Origin: Thelocarpon superellum
Lineage: Eukaryota
NCBI GenBank assembly: GCA_026025795.1
Contig: JAPEUG010000155.1
Coordinates: forward strand, 1 to 35,485
Reading direction: 5' to 3'
DNA: 35,485 nt
Positions within the stretch are counted from its first letter, which is position 1. Every line of letters starts with the position of its first letter. Under the pieces are notes generated by a model. That model worked only from the letters and a program-made list of their open reading frames with translations. It made no database searches and had not been told where the DNA came from. Below are positions 20,582 through 33,080 of this stretch, in pieces. A program made the translations under genes and the position numbers.

Positions 20582-22587
20582 GATAGAAGTTGATTTTATT
20601 CACCGAGAAGATTCCGGACGCCGCGCGAGGCGTCCCTTATGGTGGACTTCATCAGTCTCAGAGCTCGAGGAAGAATTCCGTAAAGGGCTGCGTGAGAGAT
20701 TTAACTCGCGCCACGCCAGGTCCATCCAGCATATCCCAGTTGACTTGCGAGGCCAGGCGGCAACACGGACGGGGGCACTTTGGGCGGCGGCTGGTCCTAG
20801 AGTCCACCTTGGCGTGGCGGTAGAGTCATGATCAGCATGCCATCGGCTTTTCTCTCATGGTCGAGGATCTAGCGTCGAAGGCACTTTGATCTCACAGTCC
20901 CGGCCACAATAGGCATGGGATTGATTGAAATCTTCCATTGTTCTCAGGCTTACGGTATATCTCTCCGGATGGGTCCCCCTTGACATCGTCGGACATGATC
21001 ACAATCTGTTACATGGTTGCTTCTCCACACTTCCTGCTCGATGGTAGCGAGTAGGGAGTAAAACAGTCTGGGTCGCTGTGTCATTCGAACGCATTCAACT
21101 GCATTGGACCTCGTCAACATTCCAATAGAAAGGCTCACGCAAACACGGCATGCCCATCGTAACAGGGCCAAGGGGCGGCATGGCTGAAACTTGATACACC
21201 CCGCTTCTTCGTCTCATGAAGCTCCTCAGGTCAATGGGTTCCACCCGTCCGCCTAGGAGAGTAACGCGGAGCAGAAGACAACGACACGACAATCCATGTA
21301 CAGTGCCAGCTTCTTGCACCACCACGGAGCGAACGGCTTGGAAAGCTGAGCTCATGACTAAGAGAGCGCACAGCCCTCGCAAATTTGCCGAGTCTTTCAA
21401 GTGATGGAGCTTGCAACACCATGCTCTGGCGTTGCAAACACCTTTATTTGACCGCACTACTGAGTACTACTTGGCTCGTCCCGCTGCCGCAGCGTCTGAT
21501 CCCGTGCATTCCAGGAGACAGCGTCGGCCGTCGTATCGACGTTGAAGGCCACGACAAGTGCACGATATGCAGCTGGATAGCCCTCTGATCCAGCTCTAAC
21601 CTTGGATCTAACCCATCTCTGCTCATTTGGCGTCGAGCATCCTAATATTCGCGCAATCGTGATGGGGAGAGGAAACGTCGGGCGGAGTTGGTCTTCGCCT
21701 AGGTGGGAAGACGCCTGATTGGTGCGAGCTCGGTCCCCACTTACATTCGCGCGAGTGACCCGAAGCTTCCGCAGCTTACCAGAAAAACAACGATCAGCCC
21801 GGCTTTCGTTGCGGTCGCCGCCCGCCGCCGCCGCCCTCGCCCTTGCCCTCCGCCTCGTAGACTCCGCTTCCCCAACGCGCGCTCAAGTACCGCCGTTTCC
21901 GTCTCGCTCGTGTACCTTTACCCAACCATTCTCCGCCGCGCCGACCGTGTCAGCTGTGACTCTGTACCCGCACATTTGTCCTTTGTTAATCAATCCACTG
22001 CTGTGCACAGTCTAATCTCGGTGAGTGATCGCTGACTCGTGTTTTGATCTCGTCGGGTGATGGGCCGCTTGGGGGCGCCAAGATCGAGCGACGCCCGGTC
22101 GCGGAAGCCAAGCTTCTGACGGACGTCATCGGCCTTCAGCTCTACCCAGCGTCCCTTCATCCCCAGGATGCGGGCCGCACAGCGCGTCGTAACGCGTCGG
22201 CCCCATCCGATCGCTCCATTCCAAAAAATTCTTTCCTCGTCTATCCTTCGATCACCAACTGTCCGCTTTACGCGCAGGATATTGACGACTAATCGTTCGC
22301 TAGACACGCGCCCAGATCCAGCGTGCCCGCTGCCCACCGCCTTCCTACTCTCAGTCCCCTCTCGACCCGTTTGAGATCTTCCGGTAAGTTGACATTGTTA
22401 AAGATTTACTGCGTGGTCTGGGTGAAAGGAGGCGCAATGGCCTGGTCGCGGTGCGACCAACATGTCAAGCCCAAGCTCACCACCTGATCGACCCCCGCCA
22501 ATATCTCCATTTCGTCGAGCACAACATCACTAACTTGTCTGCGATATGAGTGACCATTTCGTCTTCCTTGACGCGTTGAGCATCATC

Positions 22588-22788
22588 ATGCCAGCCATCC
22601 CAAACCAACTCGTTGCTCGCAACGCCGAATCGGCGCTTCACCAGCTCACGCGACGAGACACATGGCCACACCAAAACCCCGGCGTGATGGTTGTGTTCTG
22701 CATCATTGCCGTGCTCGTGCTCGGGGCCATTGCCATTTTCATCCAGCGGTGGTTCCAGAAGCGGCGTTTGCGCAAACAAACGCTATGA
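22588..22788 (+). CDS. Small single-pass membrane protein (66 aa)
   Basis: CATCATG start; WPHQNPGVMVVFCIIAVLVLGAIAIFI TM segment followed by a basic QKRRLRK tail; preceded by a long pyrimidine-rich leader with intron signals. Confidence 0.75.
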   Translation: MPAIPNQLVARNAESALHQLTRRDTWPHQNPGVMVVFCIIAVLVLGAIAIFIQRWFQKRRLRKQTL

Positions 22789-23124
22789 GCTGCTAGAGCG
22801 GTATTGTTGCGGCGCGGTGGCGGTGGTATTGAGAGATGACGGATGGAGGAAAGCACCTGGAGCTAGTTGGCGATGAGGAACCCAGCAGGCGTGACTCGGC
22901 CGTGGATGCACAAAACGAGAAGGGAGGCGGGAAGGAGGGAAGGAAAGGAAGGAAGAAATGGTCTGTATGGCTGGTAATTCTGCCTCGTCTCTGTCTCCCA
23001 CTCTCCGTCTCGTCTTTTTCCAATCCCCAGCCAAGCCACCGTTGTGTTTCATTATACCAGAGAGATAATAGATACCGTACGCGACACCACTAGTGCAGAG
23101 CTCGTGATTGGGCCCGAAGTTTTT

Positions 23125-23143
23125 GGGGGGGGGAGGGGGGGGG
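23125..23143 (+). repeat. G9-A-G9 run (G-quadruplex-capable)
   Basis: gggggggggaggggggggg seen directly. Confidence 0.7.
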
Positions 23144-23485
23144 CCGAAGGTCACGTCGACTATACGCAGCGGATTCGAAAAACAGAATTCCTCCATGACC
23201 CGCTTTGTGTGCAATCAACTACCATCAACTACTACCTACGGCCGTCTATAGAACACGAAGAAGAGCCACGGTAGAGGAGGAAGAGGAGATGAGGGAAAAC
23301 ACCCCCCACCCCGAATGCTGATCCCAATGCCAATGCGAGTGCCAGTGCAAGTGCCAGTGTCAGTTCCAGTGTCACTTTGTTTCTATCGAGCTCCGCCCAC
23401 CACTGTCCCACGCTCTTGTCTCATTCTTTCACACCCAAGCGGAGAGATCCACAACCATACCGCAGAATAATGAGAGCAAGCAAGC

Positions 23486-25328
23486 CTAAAACTTAACCGT
23501 GGACCGCTTTCGGATGCGCTCGCCATAGCGGTAGAAGATGACGGGGACAGGACACAGCGCGAGGGCGATGAAAGCCAGCAGGCTGTTGCCCCAGCCCAGC
23601 CCGAGCGCAGAGTACATCGGTTGCCCTGCCAGAGGGAGGATGGCGCCGCAGAGGGATCGGAGGACCGTGTTGGCGGCCAGTGCCGACGCGGCGTAGATTG
23701 TGAATGCGTCGATGAGGTACGTTAAGATTGCCATCTGAAAAGAGGCGAGTGAGAAGATTAGCGTGGACGAGATGGTAGTGGGGGTCAGGATGGGGAGGGG
23801 GATAATGCATACCCAGCTCGCAATCATGCTGAATCCCGTCAAGCCGGTGCCGATGATGGGCACGATCCAGTGCACGTGCTTCTCCGCCGACCAGCCGTAC
23901 CAGAAGAGACTGACCGGGAGAAGGGGCGCCGCCCAGATCAGAGGCGGGAGGCGGTACTCGGGTTTCATCTCGCCTTTGGCCGACTTGGACTTGACGATGC
24001 GGTCCGAGACGATGCCGACGAACAGCAGGCCTAGCAGACAGCCGACACCAATACCCAGGAAGCTTAGGCCCACCGTGCCGCTTGAGAAGCCGTATTGGTC
24101 TTCGAAGACGATGGTGAAGGTCGTGAAAAGCAGGTATAGGTAGCCGTAGGAGATGGCCAAGTAGATGGACAGTAACAGGACGATGGGACTAAATAACAGC
24201 ATCTTGGTCGGACGCACAATCGCCGTCCAAAAGAGCGTCTTGGCAGAGATGTTCTTGTCGAACTTGGACCGCAGCGCCGGGTTGCCCGTCGACTTCCGCA
24301 GCGCGGCCGTCTTGCGCTCCAGTAGGACGACTCCATACGTCTCGCGCATGAAGACCAACGTCGAGATCACGATGACACCGCTCTACCGAAATCAGTCGAG
24401 TTCCAGTAACGAGAGAAGAGGAAACCCACGATGATGGCGAGCAGCCAAAACACCCATCTCCACCCCTTGGCCTGTGTCAGGAATCCGCCAATAACAGGTC
24501 CGATGACCGGTCCCAGCAAGGGACCCATGGCATATATCGCCATCGCAGCGCCTCGTCGGGCCTGGGGGATCAGATCGGCAATCGTGCCGCCGCCAATGGT
24601 CAGCGGTGCGGAACCGACACAGCCGGCCAGGAACCGGAAGGCGATCAGCATGCCGAGACTCGAGCTGACGGCGCAGGCGATGGTGAAGATCAGGAAGAGG
24701 ACGTTGCAGCAGTGGTAGATGATCAATCGACCGTAGAGCTCCGACAAGGGGGCGAGCACCAACGGGCCGATGGCGAAGCCCAGGATGTATACCGACACCA
24801 CGAACCCGGCCAGGGTCTGGCTATCGGAGTGAAATTCGGCCATGAGCTCTGGGACGCCCGGTGCGAACATGGAGGATGCTAGTGGTCTGCCCTGACGTTA
24901 GTTTTTCCGTCGCGTGTCGCTGCGGTCGCTTTTGCCTACGTGACAAATGTGATGCCGCTGATGATGGCGACATGCCCCCACCGCGCCGTGGCGGACCAAT
25001 TCATGGGATTATGCGGGTCATCTTCGCCATTCCACCCCACGATATTCGCGTCCGCCGCCGGTTCGGGTGCTTCATCCAAAGTCGAGTCGCTGTGAGCCTT
25101 GCCCGCCTCCAGGTCGGAATTCGCCGCTTCCTTCTCGTCTGGGCGCTCTGGCGGGTCCGCCACACTCTCGTGGTAGGGGACGTTGCCATTCAGTTCGGCC
25201 TTCTTGGGGTCCGTGATGGCGGCCTCGGGCGGCGAGGTGCTGTTGGAGGCTGGTCAGCGGCCGTTCAAGGTTGGTGCATACTGGCGCCCTCAAGCTCACC
25301 TGGCCTTCGCTTCGGCGTTGGAGTCCAT
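23486..25328 (-). CDS. MFS drug:H+ antiporter, DHA1 family (~534 aa); exons 25328-25300, 25239-24940, 24886-24430, 24382-23813, 23734-23486
   Basis: [53 protein letters not shown] and [10 protein letters not shown] motifs; four canonical introns. Confidence 0.95.
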
Positions 25329-26257
25329 GCTTTCGCGTCAAATCCTTCGCGGCAGCACTTGGCCCAAGGAAGCCTACGTGAGGAGGAACAAAGACAGAGG
25401 GCGACGAGTCAATGGCTTATAAACGCTCATGACCTTCGCAGATACGAGATCATCATCGAGACGGATTGTCCCCGTGGCAGATTGAATTCACAATATTCTG
25501 TAACAAAGGCTCTCCGGGTGGACGGCATCTTTATCCCGAGCCAGCATTGGCGGCCCTGCACATCATCGCGAACATGCCGACCACGAGACCAATCAGGTCG
25601 CCCGCCCGAGTGCCGGAACCTAGAGTCAGATCGACCGGCCGTAAATCCGCTAATCGCCGTGCCCTCTCTTCGGAAGTCCAACCTCTCCCATGCCGCGTTC
25701 GAAAAGGGACAACCAGGGCTTTTGGCGGAGGCCAGTCCGCATGCTTGAGCAAAGCATGCAGTAGCGCGAGCTGAAAGCGAATCAATCGCGAAGCTTTTTC
25801 GCCATGCGTTTCGGGCACGCTATGACGGCATGCGCCCTTGGCTTCCGTCCTAACCGATGGAGGCTCGGGGTGCGACCGAGGCCGAGATACCTCTGGGAGT
25901 GGTTGCCGTAGCGTCCTTTAGCAGGTACCTGCAATCGCTAGTGACTCACGGTGGGCCGACGACCGGACGAGCATTTCGTCCGGGCGCCACATTGGAGCCG
26001 CTGATCCGACCGATACGAGCTTTTACCACGTGGGAAACATCGCTACGACCCTCGTCTGGAAGGCCTGACAGCGGTCGAGATTCAGCGGCGATCAGAAATC
26101 AGGCGCTATGTCAGAGATCAGGCGATCGTATCCCAGACGGTAAAGGAGAGCGGTGTGCGCTCGGCGCTATTGCCTCTACCAAAACAGGCGGACGAGCTTG
26201 GGAAGGACGTAAGGAGTCACGTTTTCGCTTGTGATGCCCCTCTCTTTTCATTGCTGC

Positions 26258-28640
26258 TTAGAATCCGCCTGCTCCCCGTACCCTCTGCACTGCGCCCACG
26301 AATCCCTTTGCCCAGGCAAAACGACCCGGGTCGATCCCGATAGCGCCTTCAGCCTCTTTGCCTTCGTGATCTCGCCACATCCCGTCCTTGGGGTCCAGCG
26401 CACCGTAGAGATGAGTGTTCTGGTTTCGACGCAGAGCCTGGATCCACGAGGCACAGATGGAAGGTGAGTCGATCATGACATTGACCTCCTGACTGTGATA
26501 CCAGGACTGGGTATCCTGGTTACCATTGCCTTGGATCCCGATGTGCTCGTCGACGATCAGAAGCTTGACTACGCGTCACCGTCAGCGTGGCGAGAAATCA
26601 TTCGGGACAGTGGGGGCCTACCATGGCAGCTTCTCTTCTTGAACTTGTTGTGGATGGGCTTGGTCATATCCTTGGCGACGTAGAAATAGTAATGAAGATG
26701 CTTTTTGTCCTCCTGTGCCAGGCCTTTGTACAGACCGTGCGCAACCATCTCATTCGTCCCACCTTGGAAGGGTAACAATTCGCCCTGAAACAGCCATCAG
26801 GTCGTCGTCGCCACCAAAGGGCATGTCGCAACATCACTCACCGCGTCATTATATCCCAAGCACACGTATATCACGACATCCACCCCACGACGACAGGCCT
26901 CCTGCAGCGCCGGCAACAAAGGCTCGGCGTTGAGATTGGGTGTTTGAATAAACACACTTTTGGTGGCATTTCGAATCGCCGACAGAAACGCCTCGTTCTG
27001 TGGCGTATGGACACACGAGTGATTGGCCGCTACAACTCGTGAGCAAAGATTGGTCAAGTCGAGCAACACCATTCCTACCTCCCCAAGGCTTTCGGTTTAC
27101 CATGGCCATCGGAACCGGTTCGTGGGCGGGATGAGGGATGTACGGGGTCATCTCTTCCGTGGCCGGATCCTCTGGGGCGTCGCCCTTGGTGTTTGGTTGA
27201 AGCGTGGTATCTGAGGGCGACCTTGTGAGCTGACGTTCCTTCTCCACCGAGGCTCAGCACACTCACTCAAATGTCGTGTCACGGCCGCCATCTTGCTCTC
27301 CCCGTCCCGAGGGCGAAGCGACGCTTGGATTCTTGCCACCTCGCCTGCGATATCGACGTCATAATGAGGATCACTCGACGTATGTGGTGGCAGCTGGCCC
27401 GAGGCAGGAGGAGGTTGCTCGGGCTGATCCGAATGCACCGTCTGATCTTGCAGATTGACCAACCTCGAATCGGCGTTGCTCTGCGGCTCGTTGTACGTCG
27501 AGCTGAGGGGCTCTTGCGCTGGAACCGTTGGGCCCTGTCGCGGTTCATTCGTCTCTGCTGGTTGGTCTTGACTTGACGGTACGAGGCCGGAGATCCCTCC
27601 GGCCGCCGCTGGTGAGTTGTGGCTCGGGAGAGGAGGCGTCAAGGCATTGTGCCAGGTGATTAACGACATATCATAGAGGGAATCCACAATCGGGCCCTCC
27701 AGGTGCGTCATCATCTCACAATTGTCGTTGTCCTTGTATTCGATGAGCCACCACAGGACCCCTATCACAGAGCTCCGACCACATACCTGAATGTTGTTGC
27801 TACTCAGGATGGCAATCTTGCGGTCCACAACCATGAACTTGGAATGGAAGGTCCCGAAGATTGGTCGATGATAATTCACCACTTGCATGTCCAAGTGAGG
27901 CACTTCCTTTGCCGGAGGAAGCTGCACAGCTTTGCCGGTCCATTCCGATTCTGGCACGGTCTGATGATTGTCCAGGAACTAGGTGGACCGCGTCCATTCG
28001 TTAACCATGATGGAGACGAATGAGCCGCCAAGACTGCATACCTGCTTTGGATTGCCCCGATCATACATGATCTTGACCACCACCTTCTGACCTCGCTCGC
28101 CCGCACGCCGAGACAGCTCCTTGAGGCTGTTGGTGATGATTTTGGAAGCGTCCGAGGCTTGCCAATAGTTGGTCGCCAGGAAGACCTCTCGCTCCGCACG
28201 CGCAATGCAATTCGACATGTGCCGGCAGATGTCCGGAAGCACCGAGATGATGGTGAGCGGAACCACCCCGGAGCCCCCCATCAGCGGAGGCGAGGTGACG
28301 CCAACCATGGAATCCTTCTCCAGTGTAGCTAGTGCGTCATGGTAGATCTACGGTACCGTCAGCTCATGAGCGCTTGCGATTATCACTTCACTCTGACCCG
28401 CAGGAACAGTTCGCTCGGACGAGTCGAGCCCCATTTCCCACATTCGAACGCCCGCTGCAAGTCATCTGCGGTCGCCGAGGGCCGCCCGGCCGATGCGGAC
28501 TCGGACAGGTTGGGAGTCGATATATTCTCATGGTACAGACGCTTGACCACCGCGCCCGGGGCCTGTGTAGGGTCCTTAGCCAGCTCGCCCGAGACCGTCT
28601 CCTCGGCTCGACACAGCTGGTACAGTTTGTCCGAAATCAT
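26258..28640 (-). CDS. Phospholipase D/nuclease superfamily protein with two HKD motifs (~666 aa); 8 exons 28640-28398, 28347-28042, 27978-27787, 27732-27267, 27210-27079, 27029-26842, 26784-26622, 26568-26258
   Basis: HSKFMVVD...SSNN and (spliced) HVKLLIVD...GNGN motifs; seven GT-AG introns give a continuous 2001-nt frame. Confidence 0.92.
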
Positions 28641-29751
28641 CTTGATCAGTGTCGACGACGATTATTCAACTCTCCAATCGATTGACGGGACCCTGTATGA
28701 TCGTCGTAAGGAAGCCGGCGAACAGGGTGTATACGTCTGCCCCACTGTTGCTCAAACATCTACCTTGGCAGGGACGGGATTGCGGGTCAGGCCACTAGTC
28801 CCTTGGCCATCCACAAAGAGCTAGTCACAAGTGATGTCATGGCCACCCACAGGGCGGTTTCGCCCTCACACGCCCACATACTAAAAAGTACTGGACCAAA
28901 GACAACTTCATCTCGATATCAAAATCTCATGAGCACTTTGTCGATCAATGGGGAGCACTGTTACTCGTATGCCGTAGTCCATGCCGCGGACTGGGTTCCT
29001 GGGTGTGACTGTCGCGAGGATCTTACGGAGCTCCGGAGCTGGAGCTTGCGGGAAATTTTGCCCCACCGTGTTGAAGAGCTTACGCTATCAGATATTAAGA
29101 GAACCACCAGTGTCAGCCCATCATACCGGCCAGGATGGTGGCAAAGAGCGCTTCCGCGTAGAACCACCTACTGCGTCGCTGGTCTCTCCGAAGAATACGA
29201 GAGCTCGTGTTAGTCTATCGGTGAGGAGCCTTGCACGAAAGACGGCCGCGACGGATCTCCAAGCCATGAACGACAACAAGGCGATGATCAATTAGCACCG
29301 TATGACCTTCATCCTGTGCATCATCTTGGTGCTTCACAGACCCGAGAGGGACTAGCAGAAGCCAAACAGCTCATCGTACTTGGAAGGCTCGTCAATCGCG
29401 TTGTTATGCATCGGATTCGAGGGCCTGGTAGCGTCGAGTCATCCCGCCACGCTAGCGACTCTCCCAGGATTTTTCGAAGGCGCCTCAGATGCAGCTGATG
29501 AGCGATGAAGCCAAATTCTCGTTGGATGACAACCTGAATGTGCATTGCGGGCCTGCCGAAGCTGGTCATGCCTGGGTGCTACCGTATCTTACGAACGTGA
29601 GATGATCGAGGTCGCACAGGGCTAGGGCTCGATCTGTTCCTACCAATTTTCTGGATCATCACTCATTATTGAGAAGCGCTTAGCTTATCTACTCAGCTGA
29701 ATGGCCGCGATCGTATGCTGATCGGACAAAGAGTCTTGTCATCTTGAGTCA

Positions 29752-31120
29752 TCAACTGGAAATCGCGACACCCCCCGAGGTCGAAGTGGTCATCGAAGCT
29801 GAGCCACGTGCCTTTTCTTCCAGTGCCTGTTTGTTCGTCTCGTCGTTCATCAGCGTCTGCTCCGGGACATTCAGCGTCGGGGCCGCGGGCGCGGACGATG
29901 TGCTTTCCTCCAGACGACGCATCACCGCCACGACCTCCCTCCGCGGTTTTCCTCCCACCTTTCCGATGAAGAGCGCCTCCATCTCTTTTTCATTACGATC
30001 GACCCATTTGGCCGGCCCCAAGGGAAAGGTTGGCTCCTCGCCAATCTTCGGCGGGGAGGTCCAGTCCAACATGTTGACGATGGCGGGATCTAGTCTTGGT
30101 GGATTACCAAACGCAAATTTCAACGATCCACCGTACTGGCTTGGGATGTTTGCCGAATCGATGTGCTCCGCCAGCGTCGCGTGGGTATCTGCCGCTGAGA
30201 CAATGAAAATCTTGGAGACCGTAATCGGATCGAACCACGCTTTAATCCAGGACCACACGATCGGGAAGAAGGAAGGGGCCCCGATGATCTGGCCGTCATT
30301 AGTGACTGGACTCGAGGCTCAAGCACGGATGCTTACGAAGATCTTGTCCAGGACCTCTGGGTAGTGTGCGGTAGCCAACGTGCTGGCATCCTGCATATGA
30401 CTCCGCAAATTCCAGAACTGGCGCAGTCCTACCCCGGAGATGTCCACAATGTTACATGATTGGGTTACAGGTGTCGCGGGATATGGACGATCCGGCAGGG
30501 CGGTGCACATGGGCATGACGAAGTGAGTCAGCATCTCGTAGAGGCAAAACAGTCGCAGCATCTTCGGCGGGGTTGACGACGCGCCCCCGGCCGTTGCGCT
30601 GTTTGCCGACTTTTTCCAGTTCTGCTCGTATGTATTCATCGTCTTGGCGTCGAGTTGCTGCACCTTGTAGAGATAGACCGGCGAGCCTCGGCGATCTCGT
30701 CGACCGGTCCATTGCGGATACTACGGGCGATCAGTCTTGCGTTCCTCTCATGACCCAGCCGCCGGATTCCTCACGAGTCGTCTCGTTTCCTCAAATTCCT
30801 CAGCTTCGATATTCTCAAACACGGTATCGAGCTCGACCTCCTGGCGCCATTCCACCGTGTCTTTGAACTGTTGGAAGGCATCCTGGACATGGAATTTCCG
30901 CGCGCGGAGAAAACGTCTAGAACGCCATTAGATCGCCTCGCGAACGTCTGGGAATCGTGGCATACAGCAGCGTCGCATCGTCATGACTCGGTTTCCCCGG
31001 TGGGTCGGCTTCCCTGTACAGACTCTGCTCGCGACACACCTGCTTGAACTCGTCGAGGGTCGATTGCTCCTGCGGGGTGAGGTTTCCCAGGTGGCCCGCG
31101 AGGGGAGCTGGAGTTGTCAT
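29752..31120 (-). CDS. Sec14-like CRAL-TRIO lipid-binding/transfer protein (~405 aa); exons 31120-30966, 30916-30775, 30720-30337, 30288-29752
   Basis: GHLGNLT, DDATLLRFLRARKF, YPQWTGRRDRRG.PVY, AHYPEVLDKIFIIGAP, WIKAWFDPITVSKI and IPSQYGG motifs; three canonical introns. Confidence 0.95.
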
Positions 31121-32108
31121 GGTCCGTCCTCCCCAGCGATGCCGATAGTCCTCCCCCTGACGAGGCGGCGACTGTCTCGAGTGCCGGAAGCAGTCCGCCC
31201 GGCTGACCCGCACTTAACCCGGGCGGCATACGAGGCCTTAAGAGTCGTGCATGACATGCTGACCCGCCAATCCCGATTAGCTAATCAACTCAAGTCGTTG
31301 TCGCTGCGAGGCCTCGAGTCAGAATTTAGTCATTGGCTCAAGCATATATAGTTTTCCAGCCTTAGTCGGTTAGCTAGAACTACCATCCAACCTTAGCGTA
31401 GGTTACTCAGCTAGGGCTGGGGGGTCCAATTGAACCCGATTGCTCACATCGCTGAGCCCGCAGGCGTGCTCGTGATGGTACTCATACAAGTAAAGCTCGC
31501 GATAGAAGTACAACAACCTTCGAAAACATGATTAACGGCTTCATTGTAGTCCATCTCCAAATTTGATATATGGAATTACTTGCAACAAAGCGACCGCTCT
31601 CTCTACGATAGATCGCCGGCTTTTGTCATACCGCGTAATTACCTCATCGAACACATCGATTTGCGCGTTTTGCCATATCGTAGAATAGACAATTTTGTGG
31701 AGAAAATTGGCCAGATATCATCCAACTCAGGACCAAGGCAACAACATTCTCGATCTTTTACTACATCGGTGAGCGTCTACCGGCTCGAGAATCAAAATCG
31801 AATAATCCGCATGTTACTGTTTAGAATTAGACACGAACGCGTCATAAGTAGGTCCTTAATTTGTAGTGATGCAAAATATACAGTCTATGGAAGCATTCTG
31901 GTTCATGAACAACCTTCGCGCCGACAGAACATGCAGGTTTGGCAGGCTATGAAAGTCCTCTGATCAAATGGCCCAGTCACACACGATGCTGGAGACTGCA
32001 CAGACCGTAAGCCCGGCGGTTTGGAACTCGGACCGGCAGCTAAGGTAGACGCGGAATAGCAGGAACAGATATTCAAAGGGTCGACCTCCATGGACCGGTC
32101 CGCGCAGA

Positions 32109-33080
32109 CTATAGCATTCCATCCCGCCCACCTCCACGGGTGTTGCGAAATGCTGGGTTGAGACACAGATCGACTGGGTTGAGACCGGATGGAAAGGGTC
32201 GACGCTGAGGAATTCGTCTGAGCTCGGGTGGCTGCAGAGGGATGTTTTCCGCCGACACCTCAATAGTTCCAAGGATCTCGGCAGGATTGTCTGGATGGAA
32301 GATTATCGCGGTAAATGCACCAAGTCGTCCTTCCAGAGCTGCGCCTCCTGCAAGCTCGAGGAGAATTCGGCCCAGAAGTATAGGCCGGACGCCGCCGTTT
32401 GCGCCAGTCGAAGTAAAAGTATATCGCCATCCGCTCGCAGCCAAAGTATAGTTTGGGGATGTACCATGCGCTGATAAGCCCCCTCGTACTGCCTCGAGCA
32501 CTCCCCTTCGAGATTGCAGGAGTACGTGATCGATATTCGCGCGCACCGGCTGTTCTGCGGGAAGCAGCTGATGCCCGCGGAATCTCACGGTATAGTAAAC
32601 CCGTTCGGGGGGATAAAGGACATTTATGTCGGGAAAGTTGTCACCGTTGGGTAATCGGGAATAGGTAGGCGCGACTTGACGGGGAGGGGTGGATGGATCA
32701 CATTGTTTCCGGGCTACCAGCGTCTGGTGACTTGATTCCACGAGATCGACATCTTGAACGGCATATTGTGCCTCGATTGGAGCGTCTGGACGAGCCTTCC
32801 ACCGCACTTTGCCTCGCCACACATCCTGGTCGACGGTCGAGGCTCGAGTCGTATCGAGTACGCCTTGGTCGCTCTGCGTGGCGAGCATCGCCGGTGCCTC
32901 TGAATGTGAAGACCGTCCCTCGAGCTGTCCAGCAGACGTGCGGCGGTTCAGCCTCGATGATGACCCGGCCCGACCCTGCGTCTGTCCGGGATGAATCCTT
33001 GTCGCACAGACGTCGGCCTGATGGAGGGAGAGGAGGGTTAGGATCAGGGAGATGCACGTCCGGGGAACGGTCAGCAGCAT
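32109..33080 (-). CDS. Putative secreted protein of unknown function (~323 aa)
   Basis: GCCACCATG start at 33080 within ORF 32109..33254; signal-like MLLTVPRTCISLILTLLSL; dibasic sites (LNRR, VARK) precede a globular-looking C-terminal domain. Confidence 0.65.
   Translation of the reverse strand: MLLTVPRTCISLILTLLSLHQADVCATRIHPGQTQGRAGSSSRLNRRTSAGQLEGRSSHSEAPAMLATQSDQGVLDTTRASTVDQDVWRGKVRWKARPDAPIEAQYAVQDVDLVESSHQTLVARKQCDPSTPPRQVAPTYSRLPNGDNFPDINVLYPPERVYYTVRFRGHQLLPAEQPVRANIDHVLLQSRRGVLEAVRGGLSAHGTSPNYTLAASGWRYTFTSTGANGGVRPILLGRILLELAGGAALEGRLGAFTAIIFHPDNPAEILGTIEVSAENIPLQPPELRRIPQRRPFPSGLNPVDLCLNPAFRNTRGGGRDGML

Noticed and set aside
20900..21650. Overlapping short ORFs on both strands
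   Set aside because: No coherent gene model or motif.
24861..25748. 295-aa plus-strand ORF
   Set aside because: Antisense to MFS exons 1-2 and its promoter; non-ATG start and Arg-rich shadow composition.
28803..29569. Short ORFs between the PLD-like and Sec14-like genes
   Set aside because: No recognisable product; likely promoter or UTR sequence.
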